Source of the DNA: Bacteriovoracaceae bacterium
GTDB taxonomy: Bacteria > Bdellovibrionota > Bacteriovoracia > Bacteriovoracales > Bacteriovoracaceae
NCBI GenBank assembly: GCA_049599895.1
Contig: JBMYPC010000027.1
Span: 1-28,317, forward strand
DNA length: 28,317 nucleotides
Reading direction: 5' to 3'
This document shows, piece by piece, positions 16,648-25,514 of this stretch. How positions within the stretch are numbered: position 1 is the first letter of the stretch; the number at the start of each line of letters is the position of its first letter. The notes beneath the pieces were generated by a model. That model made no database searches. It worked only from the letters and a program-made list of their open reading frames with translations, and was not told the DNA's origin. Made by a program: the position numbers and the translations under genes.

Positions 16648-16805
16648 TTTGCTTACATTAAAATGTAAGATTCATTGGACATTGTCTAACGACTCTTTGT
16701 TAAACTCTAGTTGTGCAAAACTTAAATATGACTTAAGTCCATCGACGAGATCGGTGCCGATTGCTAGCTTGCAAAACAAGAATGACACACGTCATAGGAG
16801 TCAGA

Positions 16806-17726
16806 ATGAAATTAATAACACTCGTATTTTTTGCTCTTTCTTCTTTTGCCTATGCTGGCACAAGTCTTTTGGATTCGGAGGCGACTGTCACTGGTTTTGG
16901 AAAGATTAAATACCGAGCACCAAAAGTGCAGTCGAACGAAACACCAATTGTCCTCTTTCACGGGATATATGGTGGAGTTAGCCATAGAACATGGAGAAAA
17001 CTTGTTCCCGAACTTGAAAAAGCAGGTAAAGAAGTTTACCTCATGGACCTTCCTGGAGCAGGCGAAAGCGATAAACCTAAAAGGGCCTATTCTATTGCCG
17101 ACTTTGATGTCTTTGTTGAAAACTTCTTAGTAGAAGTGGTGAAAAAAAGGGCCAATCTTGTTTCGGAATCAATCTTAGGAAATTCTGTTTTAAAAATCGC
17201 TTCCAAAAGACCTGACATTGTAAGAAGAGTCGTTCTTATCAATCCATCGGGAATTAGCTCTCTGGCCACCCCGCCAAGCCCAAGAGAGCAAGGGCTGTAC
17301 GATCGTCTTTTTAATGATGATCAAGCGGCAACAGCGTTTTATCAAAACCTTCTCAACCCAAATTCAATTGTCTATTTCCTCTCTTTTGGTTTCTTTGATG
17401 ACACATTAGTTAACCAAGAACTCATCTCGGACTTTGTTGTGATGAAAGACAATGTCGACCAAAGATTTCTCACACTAAGTTTTGTCGGAGGACAACTTTA
17501 TAGAACTTTTGAAGAATCTTCAGACCAGGTGTTTGTTCCCGTTCTTGGGATCTTTGGAGCAGAGTACGAAGGTTTTCAAGATAACCGAATCGATACCGCT
17601 CAAGACTTTAAAGACATTAGACCTTATTTTGAATATGTTGAAATTCCTCAAAGTGGATCATCTGTTCAAAGAGAAAAACCAGTAGAGACAGCGCAGGAAA
17701 TTGTTGATTTTCTCGTTATCGATTAA
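16806..17726 (+). CDS. Secreted alpha/beta-hydrolase-fold protein
   Basis: SD TAGGAG before the ATG at 16806; PIVLFHG, DLPGAGESDKP and VVLINP motifs. Confidence 0.85.
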   Translation: MKLITLVFFALSSFAYAGTSLLDSEATVTGFGKIKYRAPKVQSNETPIVLFHGIYGGVSHRTWRKLVPELEKAGKEVYLMDLPGAGESDKPKRAYSIADFDVFVENFLVEVVKKRANLVSESILGNSVLKIASKRPDIVRRVVLINPSGISSLATPPSPREQGLYDRLFNDDQAATAFYQNLLNPNSIVYFLSFGFFDDTLVNQELISDFVVMKDNVDQRFLTLSFVGGQLYRTFEESSDQVFVPVLGIFGAEYEGFQDNRIDTAQDFKDIRPYFEYVEIPQSGSSVQREKPVETAQEIVDFLVID

Positions 17727-17730
17727 ATGA

Positions 17731-17767
17731 TAAAGCCCATTGTTCAATTCTGAACGATGGGCCTTTA
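17731..17767 (+). terminator. Rho-independent terminator-like hairpin
   Basis: GCCCATTGTTCA-attc-TGAACGATGGGC then CTTT, immediately after the stop. Confidence 0.6.
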
Positions 17768-17920
17768 CGACTCAGAGTCAAACTCCAGACATTGCGATAA
17801 AGAACAATAACTACCTGTATTTGCGTATGGAAAATCGGCATCGCACAATACTCACCCCAGGCTCAAAGATATACAACAGCTAACCTTGCGCATAAATCCA
17901 TCTTATTGTACTAAGCAAAG

Positions 17921-18808
17921 ATGGAAACAATTATCGTTATAGTCGGATTTTTAGGTGCGGGGAAAACAACTCTTCTCAAGAAGCTCGTTAAGAGTTCTCT
18001 CGAAGCTTCATGGAACCCTTATATTATTTTAAATGATTACCAAAACGCGAACCTTGATGCTCAGCAATTTCTTGAGTTTTTGGGGCCGGATCAAGTTAAT
18101 CCTCTTCACGGAAGTTGTATTTGTTGTAGCGGTGTTCATGAACTGAGAAAACTCGTCAATGCGATTCCAAAAAGAGATGACGGTATTACATTAATAGAAG
18201 CTAATGGAACAACAGATGCCTGCTCATTAATGGAGTTCTTAGGCGTAGGCTTGGATGACCACTTTCTCCCACCAGTTCAAGTTTCAGTCGTTGATGTGAA
18301 GAACTGGCAAAAAAGAGGTTTTAATAACGAACTTGAGGCCAACCAAATTCAGGTTTCTTCACTTATCGTTCTCAATCACCTTGAAGATGTTGATGATGAA
18401 AGAATAGAATTCGTGAAGTCGCAGATTCTTGAACTTAATCCTTTTGCCAAAATAGAGCGCTTTGAAGACCTAAATGAAAAATCCTTAATTGGTCTTTCAC
18501 CGTCCAAAAATCAATCTCAAAAAATGGACCATCAAAAAGCCCACTGGTCATCATGTTCTGTTGATCTTCCCGATCCTTTAGGTTCAGAGAAGTTGGGTCA
18601 TATTATGGAAACACTTCCTGAAAGTATTTTAAGAGTCAAAGGTTGTACTCGCTTAAACAACGATTCTCACTATACTTATTTTGAAAGAGTGCCTTCTGGT
18701 CAGGTCATTATGAAACCTTATCGTGGTAATCTTGTGACAGGTCCAAAGCTTTTGGTTATCGGTCCAGGAAGTAACCCAGAAACACTTAAAGAAATTGTCG
18801 CAAGTTAA
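17921..18808 (+). CDS. COG0523/CobW-family G3E GTPase (metallochaperone)
   Basis: GFLGAGKTT, ND, GSCICC, IEANG, RVKG and LLVIG motifs. Confidence 0.9.
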   Translation: METIIVIVGFLGAGKTTLLKKLVKSSLEASWNPYIILNDYQNANLDAQQFLEFLGPDQVNPLHGSCICCSGVHELRKLVNAIPKRDDGITLIEANGTTDACSLMEFLGVGLDDHFLPPVQVSVVDVKNWQKRGFNNELEANQIQVSSLIVLNHLEDVDDERIEFVKSQILELNPFAKIERFEDLNEKSLIGLSPSKNQSQKMDHQKAHWSSCSVDLPDPLGSEKLGHIMETLPESILRVKGCTRLNNDSHYTYFERVPSGQVIMKPYRGNLVTGPKLLVIGPGSNPETLKEIVAS

Positions 18809-18813
18809 TTCTT

Positions 18814-19137
18814 TTAGTTGAGACAATCACTAAACTTGAAACGGTTTTCGTTATAATCGAGGCATCTTCTTTCTTTGGGAAGGACATTGAGATATTTAAA
18901 TATATCCCAACATTCTTTTGTAGAGAGGTGATGCTGATGAATCTTGCTGCTTCTTTGAATTCCAAGACTGTGAATGAAGCTCGCACAATCTAGGACAACC
19001 TTAATGTCTTTTGAGCTATTTTTAAGATTATAGACAAAATCACGATCAGTTTTTTCGACATCAAAAATTTCAGTTGAGAATCCCATTGCCCCTTGGCAAA
19101 TAAAAAGAGTCAGCAGACTAATTAGGAAATATCTCAT
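18814..19137 (-). CDS. Secreted hypothetical protein
   Basis: Signal-peptide-like N-terminus; LDCASF and further Cys residues. Confidence 0.65.
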   Translation of the reverse strand: MRYFLISLLTLFICQGAMGFSTEIFDVEKTDRDFVYNLKNSSKDIKVVLDCASFIHSLGIQRSSKIHQHHLSTKECWDIFKYLNVLPKERRCLDYNENRFKFSDCLN

Positions 19138-19167
19138 GATTTCAATGATATCGCAGTGCTAAGTTTT

Positions 19168-19182
19168 TGCAACTCACTCGCA
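19168..19182. promoter_or_regulatory. Third, imperfect TGCAA-N5-TTGCA-like box
   Basis: TGCAActcacTCGCA is 13/15 identical to the core of the 12673 operator. Confidence 0.4.
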
Positions 19183-19294
19183 TTTAGGCACAAAAATACC
19201 CAATCCTTGAACTAGCGAAATCTCACCCCCTATTTTACTAAAATCCCTAACCGAGTTAATTTATAAGTATAGCGCTTACCATTGTGGACTAAAT

Positions 19295-20839
19295 ATGTTT
19301 GATATTCTGTGGATTAGTATTGCCTTTTTTCTGGGGATGATTGTCACCGCAGTAAAGCTCCCTCCGATGATTGGCTATCTTGCGGCAGGATTCTTACTGC
19401 GCTACTTTGGAATCGAAAGCTTTCCAGGTCTTAGTGAACTCTCGGAACTTGGAATTAGTCTTTTACTCTTTAGTATTGGTCTTAAACTCAACCTCAAAAG
19501 TCTTGGCAGAAAAGAAATTCTTGGGGTGGCCATGGCCCAAGGGTTCATCAGTTTTATCATTCTCTTCGGACTCAGTGTGGTGATTCTTGGGACAGAGCAA
19601 TTAAAAGTAAGCTCCATTCTTGCCTTTGGTCTCACTTTTTCAAGTACCATCTTTGTTTTTAAAATCCTTGAAGACCGCGGTGACTTTGCCACTGCCTATG
19701 GCAAGAACTCTATCGGAATCCTTGTAATTCAAGACATTATGGCAGTTCTCTTTATGGCCTTTAACGCTAATAAAGTTCCTTCAGCCTGGTTGATATTATT
19801 GATCTCAATGCTCTGGCCCTTAAGAGTTGTGCTTTCTGAGATTCTTAAACGCCTCAAGCATAGTGAACTTATGATTCTTTTTGGACTTTCAGTTTCATTT
19901 GGTGGCGCCTATCTCTTTGACCTTGTGAATGTCAAAGGAGACCTTGGAGCATTAATTCTAGGAGTCCTTTTATCAAAACATGAAAGAGCCGCTGAACTTA
20001 ACCGTTGGCTTATTTCGTTTAAAGACTTTTTTCTTTTAGGTTTTTTTCTCTCTATTGGGCTTACAGGATTGCCCACATGGGAACACCTAAGCTTTGCTCT
20101 CTTATTTTCAATGTTCGTTCCCCTTCGTGCCATCATTTATTTTTTCCTTTTTGCAAGAACCCGACTAAGAAGTCGAAACTCTTTTCTTGCAGCGCTGGGA
20201 CTAAGTAACTTTAGTGAATTTGGCCTAATCGTTGTCTCATTTGCAGTAGCAAGAGACTTCCTGGGAGAAACCTGGCTCACGACGATGGCCCTGACACTTT
20301 CTTTTTCTTTTATTATTTCAGCAATACTCAATCGCTATTCAGAAAGGCTTTACCGTCGCTATTCCAGCAAACTTGCAAGCTTTCAACGATCAAAGCTTCA
20401 TCCTCTTGAAAGAGATATTTCTCTTAATGAGTATAACGTCATGGTGATCGGAATGGGCCGAGTCGGACAGGGAGCCTATGAAGCCTTAGTCGATAAAAAG
20501 AAATGGTGGCCAGTTGGCGTGGATGTCTCGGAGGAAGCGGTCAAACTTCTTAAAGAAAGAGATTATGAAGTCGTCCATGGTAATGCAACAAACCCGGACT
20601 TTTGGTACCGAGTGGATATAAGCTCAGATAATATCAAGCAGATTCTTCTTGCAATGCCTGTTTTAAGACAGAATATTCTCGCGGCAAAGTTTATAAGGGG
20701 CAGGGGATTTAAAGGGTCTATCGCATCAGTTGCGAAATATCCAAACGATGTCACCCCTCTTCTTGAAGCAGGAGTTGACCAAGCATTTAACCTCTACGCA
20801 GAAGCCGGTAACGGTCTCGCCCAAAGTGTCTGTGATTAA
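19295..20839 (+). CDS. CPA2 cation:proton antiporter (Kef/YbaL-like) with TrkA-N domain
   Basis: LPPMIGYL, LLLFSIGL, FSST, LVIQD, SEFG; C-terminal GMGRVG Rossmann motif. Confidence 0.92.
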   Translation: MFDILWISIAFFLGMIVTAVKLPPMIGYLAAGFLLRYFGIESFPGLSELSELGISLLLFSIGLKLNLKSLGRKEILGVAMAQGFISFIILFGLSVVILGTEQLKVSSILAFGLTFSSTIFVFKILEDRGDFATAYGKNSIGILVIQDIMAVLFMAFNANKVPSAWLILLISMLWPLRVVLSEILKRLKHSELMILFGLSVSFGGAYLFDLVNVKGDLGALILGVLLSKHERAAELNRWLISFKDFFLLGFFLSIGLTGLPTWEHLSFALLFSMFVPLRAIIYFFLFARTRLRSRNSFLAALGLSNFSEFGLIVVSFAVARDFLGETWLTTMALTLSFSFIISAILNRYSERLYRRYSSKLASFQRSKLHPLERDISLNEYNVMVIGMGRVGQGAYEALVDKKKWWPVGVDVSEEAVKLLKERDYEVVHGNATNPDFWYRVDISSDNIKQILLAMPVLRQNILAAKFIRGRGFKGSIASVAKYPNDVTPLLEAGVDQAFNLYAEAGNGLAQSVCD

Positions 20840-20845
20840 TCAACA

Positions 20846-21697
20846 ATGAAAACATTTTTATTTCTCTTTACATTAATTTTAAATTCTCATTCCTTGCAGG
20901 CCCAATATATCGAAAACCCAAATGACCCGAACCTGCCTAAGTATGAAGTTGGTGCTGGGTTTGGTTACGCCCGATTTCCTTCCTATCCTGGTTCAGATGT
21001 GGATAAAACCATCGCCATTCCATTTCCAACTTTTATTTATCGAGGTGATGTTGTTAGAGCTGATGAAGATGGTGGCTTTAGAGGCCGATTTTTTAAAAAC
21101 GACAGACTTGAGATCAATCTTTCAATCGGAGGATCACTTCCGGCTGACAGCGACGACAATCTCGCTCGAGAAGGCATGCCTGATCTTAAAACAATTATAG
21201 AGCTTGGGCCTGGCTTTGTTTTTAGACTTATCCCTCGTAAAGAGAACCGAAGACTCTCTGTGATTTTAAATCTTCCGCTTCGAATCCCCCTTGAAGTTGA
21301 TTTTGATGAAATCGATGACAGAGGCTGGGTCTTTAACCCATTACTCTTTTCGACATTTGATCTCATTCGAGGAAGAGTCCAACTTTTTAATTACTTTAGT
21401 TACCGTTATGGAAATCGCGAATTTCATCAAACATTTTTTGAAGTCGATCCCAAGTATGAAACTCAATCAAGACCGACTTATTACGCACAAAAAGGTGATG
21501 TTCTTTTTTCTTATGGACTCGGTTTAGGATATAGGCCAACAAAAAGATGGAATATGTTTTGCGGAATTGATATCAGTGATCTTAGCAATAACCCTAATAA
21601 ATCGAGTCCACTTGTAAAAGAAGAAAAACAAATGAGTTTCGGTTTTGGTTTTATTTGGTGGTTTTATCATTCAGATAAAAAACAATTCACTCGTTAA
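20846..21697 (+). CDS. MipA/OmpV family outer-membrane protein
   Basis: PSYPGSD...PFP..IYRG, REGMPDL...ELGP, SPLVK. Confidence 0.85.
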   Translation: MKTFLFLFTLILNSHSLQAQYIENPNDPNLPKYEVGAGFGYARFPSYPGSDVDKTIAIPFPTFIYRGDVVRADEDGGFRGRFFKNDRLEINLSIGGSLPADSDDNLAREGMPDLKTIIELGPGFVFRLIPRKENRRLSVILNLPLRIPLEVDFDEIDDRGWVFNPLLFSTFDLIRGRVQLFNYFSYRYGNREFHQTFFEVDPKYETQSRPTYYAQKGDVLFSYGLGLGYRPTKRWNMFCGIDISDLSNNPNKSSPLVKEEKQMSFGFGFIWWFYHSDKKQFTR

Positions 21698-21712
21698 CAA
21701 AAGACCATAACA

Positions 21713-22281
21713 ATGAAATTTTTAACAATGCTACTTTTAATACTTTCTTTTAATTGCGATGCTCAAATTCAAGTTCATCTTGATCCAAGCATTCTTGATA
21801 CAACTCAAATGGAATTCGAAACCCATACAGGGGCAGAGAACTCATACGCAAACGCGCTCGCTTTAAATGTTGAATACGAACAAGTCAAAAGACTCAGAAC
21901 AATTATTGAACAAGAAATCAACCGCCCATTTAAATTCTTAACTTCATGGCAAGCACAAGGCGAGGCCCATGTAACAACCATTAGCCCACCTGAGTATAAA
22001 AACATCCTAAGGCATCATATCTCGATGGCAAGAATTAACGAAATTGCAATGGAGAAAGATATACAATCAGCTGATCTTGAAATTCATAGGTGGTCATGAA
22101 GAAGAAACATTTTTTCTCATTGTTGATTCTTTAAAATTGCGAAAAATACGCCATTAATCTCACATGGTTTTTCCCTCACATCACCATTGGCTATACCAAG
22201 AAGGACATTCATGTGAATAGTGGACTTTTAAAAAACCTAAAAAATAGCTTTGATAAAAGATTTTCAGTGACCATTCAATAA
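21713..22281 (+). pseudogene. Secreted 2H phosphoesterase-like protein, disrupted
   Basis: First HxT motif (AHVTTI) lies in ORF 21713-22099; ETFFLIVDS lies in a second frame (22089-22157); the second motif WFFPHITIGY lies in a third frame (22162-22281). Confidence 0.75.
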
Positions 22282-22282
22282 A

Positions 22283-22312
22283 AAGAAGGCCCATTAGATT
22301 ATGGGCCTTCTT
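22283..22312. terminator. Bidirectional rho-independent terminator
   Basis: AAGAAGGCCCAT-tagatt-ATGGGCCTTCTT between convergent genes. Confidence 0.8.
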
Positions 22313-22317
22313 ATTTT

Positions 22318-23226
22318 CTAATGAGATAAACCTAAGTTTTTAACCCAACCATCGTATTGGTTGACCGAGCCTGGAACAACAATTTCTACACTTCCATCAG
22401 CGAGATTTTTCATGCTTCCAAGATACTTTTCTTTTAGCTTAAGCTTAAACGCTTCTTCACCGCCTGGACTTGTCAGAACTCCACCGATCTTAGCAATCGA
22501 TTCTGAAGTGGCCTTGGCAATGGTGAGAACTTCTTCAGCTCGACCTTGAGCTTCATTGATTCTTTTAAGCATTTGCCCCTCAGAGAGGTTGATCATCTCC
22601 ATTTTCATCCCCTCAGACTTATTAATTCGGGCCTGCTTATCACCCTCACTAGTGGCAAGGATTGCTCTTCTTTCTCTTTCAGCATTAACCTGCTTTTCCA
22701 TAGAGTTTTGAACACTTGCAGGAGGACTGATATTTTTAATCTCATATCGATGGACTCGAATCCCCCAAGTTTCACCAGCCTGATTGAGGACTTCAACGAC
22801 CTTGGAGCTGATAAGATCTCTTTCTTCAAATGTTTTATCAAGATCAAGAGTCCCTATTACTGAACGCGTTGTGGTTTGTGCAAGTTCAATTGCTGCAAAA
22901 ACGTAATTTGTCACCCCATAACTTGCCTTTGACGGATCAATGACTGACATATAAATCACGCCATCAACTTCGACATTAACCTCATCTCGAGTAAAACAAT
23001 CTTGAGGAGGAACGTCGATGTTTCGTTCTTTAAGGTCTTGGATAAAGGTTACTTTATCAATGAAGGGAATGAGAGCGTGAAAACCAGCTGATAATGTTTT
23101 TTGATAACGCCCTAGTCTTTCAACGATATAAGCCTTCTTTGTGGGAACAAGCTTAATTGATGTAATAAACTTTCCAACAATAATGATAAAGAGAAATCCC
23201 CAAAAGAATAAATATAATGTATCCAT
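22318..23226 (-). CDS. SPFH/stomatin-like (QmcA/paraslipin) protein
   Basis: IVERLGRY, LAQTTTRSVIG, TFEERD, WGIRVHRYEIKNI, MEKQ..AERERRA; start probably the ATG at 23226. Confidence 0.92.
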   Translation of the reverse strand: MDTLYLFFWGFLFIIIVGKFITSIKLVPTKKAYIVERLGRYQKTLSAGFHALIPFIDKVTFIQDLKERNIDVPPQDCFTRDEVNVEVDGVIYMSVIDPSKASYGVTNYVFAAIELAQTTTRSVIGTLDLDKTFEERDLISSKVVEVLNQAGETWGIRVHRYEIKNISPPASVQNSMEKQVNAERERRAILATSEGDKQARINKSEGMKMEMINLSEGQMLKRINEAQGRAEEVLTIAKATSESIAKIGGVLTSPGGEEAFKLKLKEKYLGSMKNLADGSVEIVVPGSVNQYDGWVKNLGLSH

Positions 23227-23240
23227 ATTAAATCCGCCCA

Positions 23241-24167
23241 TTATCCCTCCTTCTTAATCGGTTTAAGAGGGTTTAAAAGTTTATCTGTTCCCTCAAAAAA
23301 TGCTTTCATATTGGCCATTCCTTCAGGAAGAACTGTCACCTTCGCATTCCCAAGAACATCATTAAGCTCGTTCACGTATTGTTCAACAAGCTGCATTTTT
23401 ACGGCCATGCTCCCACCGGGTTTATTAATCGCTTCAGCAACGAGCTTTGATCCTTCGGCTGTCGCTTCAGCAAGAAGCTCAATTTCTTCAGCCTTGCCCT
23501 TGGCGTAGTTGATTCTTTTTTGTTTTTCACCTTCTGAAATATTGATGGCCTCTTGTCTTTCTCCTTCGGAAAGAAGGATCTGACTTTCTTTTTGTGCTGT
23601 TGCAAGGGTAATCTCAGCTCTTTTTTCCCGCTCAGCTTCCATTTGTTTTTCAAGAGTTGCAAGAACGTGCCGAGAAGGAGAGATATTTTTAATTTCGTAT
23701 CTTAGAACTTTGATCCCCCAAGGATCACTCGCAAGGTCGATTTCTTTTACAATTTTATCGTTTAGACTTTCTCTTTCACTAAAGATTCGACTTAAACTCA
23801 ATTTCCCGACTTCTGATCTCATGGTTGTTTGAGCAAGATTAACGGAAGCGTTTCGATAATCCCCAATACCGTAACTAGCTTTTTTAGCATCCATCACTTT
23901 TAAATAAACCAGTCCATCAACTTCGACTTGCATATTATCGTTTGTGATACATGTTTGAGAGGGTATATCAAGAACCTGCTCACGTGTTTCATGACGATAA
24001 GAGACCTGATCCACAAAAGGAATTAAAAAATGAAACCCTGGGTTTAACACAGCTTTAAATTTTCTAAACCTTTCCACAACAACACTTTCCCGCATAGGAA
24101 TAATCACAATCGTATGCCATAAAACAAACAGCACCACGATTGTAAGAAAAGTAATAAAACCTAACAC
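23241..24167 (-). CDS. SPFH/stomatin-like (QmcA/paraslipin) protein
   Basis: LAQTTMRSEVG, WGIKVLRYEIKNI, KQMEAEREKRA; GTG start after SD AAGGAGG. Confidence 0.92.
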   Translation of the reverse strand: MLGFITFLTIVVLFVLWHTIVIIPMRESVVVERFRKFKAVLNPGFHFLIPFVDQVSYRHETREQVLDIPSQTCITNDNMQVEVDGLVYLKVMDAKKASYGIGDYRNASVNLAQTTMRSEVGKLSLSRIFSERESLNDKIVKEIDLASDPWGIKVLRYEIKNISPSRHVLATLEKQMEAEREKRAEITLATAQKESQILLSEGERQEAINISEGEKQKRINYAKGKAEEIELLAEATAEGSKLVAEAINKPGGSMAVKMQLVEQYVNELNDVLGNAKVTVLPEGMANMKAFFEGTDKLLNPLKPIKKEG

Positions 24168-24189
24168 AAATCCTCCTTTGAAGTATCTG

Positions 24190-24627
24190 TTACAACAGGG
24201 ACTTCACAATTAAATGATTACCATCTCTTCCTGAAATGACCGCTTTTGAGCCAACCTTTAGCTCTTCTTCACTTCTTGCAACCCAAGAAGTATTTCGAAA
24301 CTTTACTCTGCCCTCACTGTGAGGAAAAATCTCTTCAACAACCTCGACAAGAGATCCTAGTAGATCCTCATCTTCGTTAACATTATGGACTTCAGAGTCT
24401 CCTTCAAAATATTTCATAAAAATCGATCTTAAAAATAACATATAAATGATTGAAATAATAAACCAACTAATGAATGCAATCGTAACAGTATCAACCCATC
24501 CCATGTGGATAAGTCCACCTACTGTAAGAGCCGCAACTCCAAGAAAAACAATAATTCCACCAGGGATGATAAATTCAAGCAATATCATGATTGCACCAGC
24601 AATCAACCACATTAACCATGGATTCAT
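24190..24627 (-). CDS. NfeD-family membrane protein
   Basis: W..AG....LEFIIPG N-terminal TMs; OB-fold GRVKFRNTSW.ARS...G....I...DG..L.V. Confidence 0.9.
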   Translation of the reverse strand: MNPWLMWLIAGAIMILLEFIIPGGIIVFLGVAALTVGGLIHMGWVDTVTIAFISWFIISIIYMLFLRSIFMKYFEGDSEVHNVNEDEDLLGSLVEVVEEIFPHSEGRVKFRNTSWVARSEEELKVGSKAVISGRDGNHLIVKSLL

Positions 24628-25376
24628 TATTCAGCCTCCTCGATAAAATTCTTTTTTATAAATAGGAAATTAGACTTATTAATTTTTAATGACTCAGCAC
24701 ACTTCTCAATATATTGAACCTCTTCATAATTAATTTCTCCGTCAGAATCAGCAAATAAAAAAAGAAGCCAAATAAGAAAATGACGAATTTCAATTCTTTC
24801 AAAATTCTTTTGAGTCATTTCAGGATAAAAAGCCTCTGAAAGACTTTCTGAAATTTCTTTATGTTTATTCTGAAGCTTTAACTCTTTGAGAAGGTAACGA
24901 ATGCAATCAATCTCTTCATGAGAAATTCGACCATCGGCACTTGCAAGAGAAAAAAGGCATTGAGCAATCGCTCTGGCAAGATCTTTTCTTTCTTTCTCTT
25001 TAAAGTTTGTTGTTAAAAGATCGAACAAAGACTGTTCAAAATAGTCTTCACTATGTCCTTCGAGAAAGGCCCTCATCACGGGATCCTGAAAGATGACACT
25101 AAAGCCACTTCCAAGAAAGAGAGAATGAAAGTTTTTAAGTGTCTTTGATTCAAAGTCTTTTGGAATAGCTTCAATATTTCCTGCCAACTTATCGAGAGAC
25201 ACTCGATAAAGGCCTGCAAGTTTAAGCGCAATATCTATCGGGAGCTTCAAACGACCAACTTCATAATCTCTCATCATAAGGGCCCTCATTCCAAGAATTC
25301 GCTCAACATCTTTTTGAGTCAGCCCTGCAGCCTCTCTTACTTTTTTAAGGGAATGAAGAATTTGATCGTTTTTCAT
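24627..25376 (-). CDS. XRE-family HTH protein fused to TerB-like domain(s)
   Basis: LKKVREAAGLTQ...YEVG...P....KLA..Y.VSLD.L; then LASADGRISHEE and FADSDGEINYEE TerB-type motifs; TAATG overlap with nfeD. Confidence 0.8.
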   Translation of the reverse strand: MKNDQILHSLKKVREAAGLTQKDVERILGMRALMMRDYEVGRLKLPIDIALKLAGLYRVSLDKLAGNIEAIPKDFESKTLKNFHSLFLGSGFSVIFQDPVMRAFLEGHSEDYFEQSLFDLLTTNFKEKERKDLARAIAQCLFSLASADGRISHEEIDCIRYLLKELKLQNKHKEISESLSEAFYPEMTQKNFERIEIRHFLIWLLFLFADSDGEINYEEVQYIEKCAESLKINKSNFLFIKKNFIEEAE

Positions 25377-25463
25377 GACACAAATGTATACCCAAGATCC
25401 CACCCAATCAAGACGCTATACAAATACGTACATACAAAAAGTAATTACAGTAATTTATGACAC

Positions 25464-25492
25464 TTGGTAAAACAGGTTGAGCTTATTATAAT
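25464..25492 (+). promoter_or_regulatory. Sigma70-type promoter for the ars operon
   Basis: TTGGTA-N17-TATAAT, 22 nt before the arsC ATG. Confidence 0.6.
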
Positions 25493-25514
25493 GGGACAAA
25501 AAGAGAGCGTATTA

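Noticed and set aside
17768..17900. Possible attC right end (ttatgcgcaaggttagc, minus strand) or relic Cys-containing reading frame
   Set aside because: No matching left arm and no continuous ORF; too weak to call.
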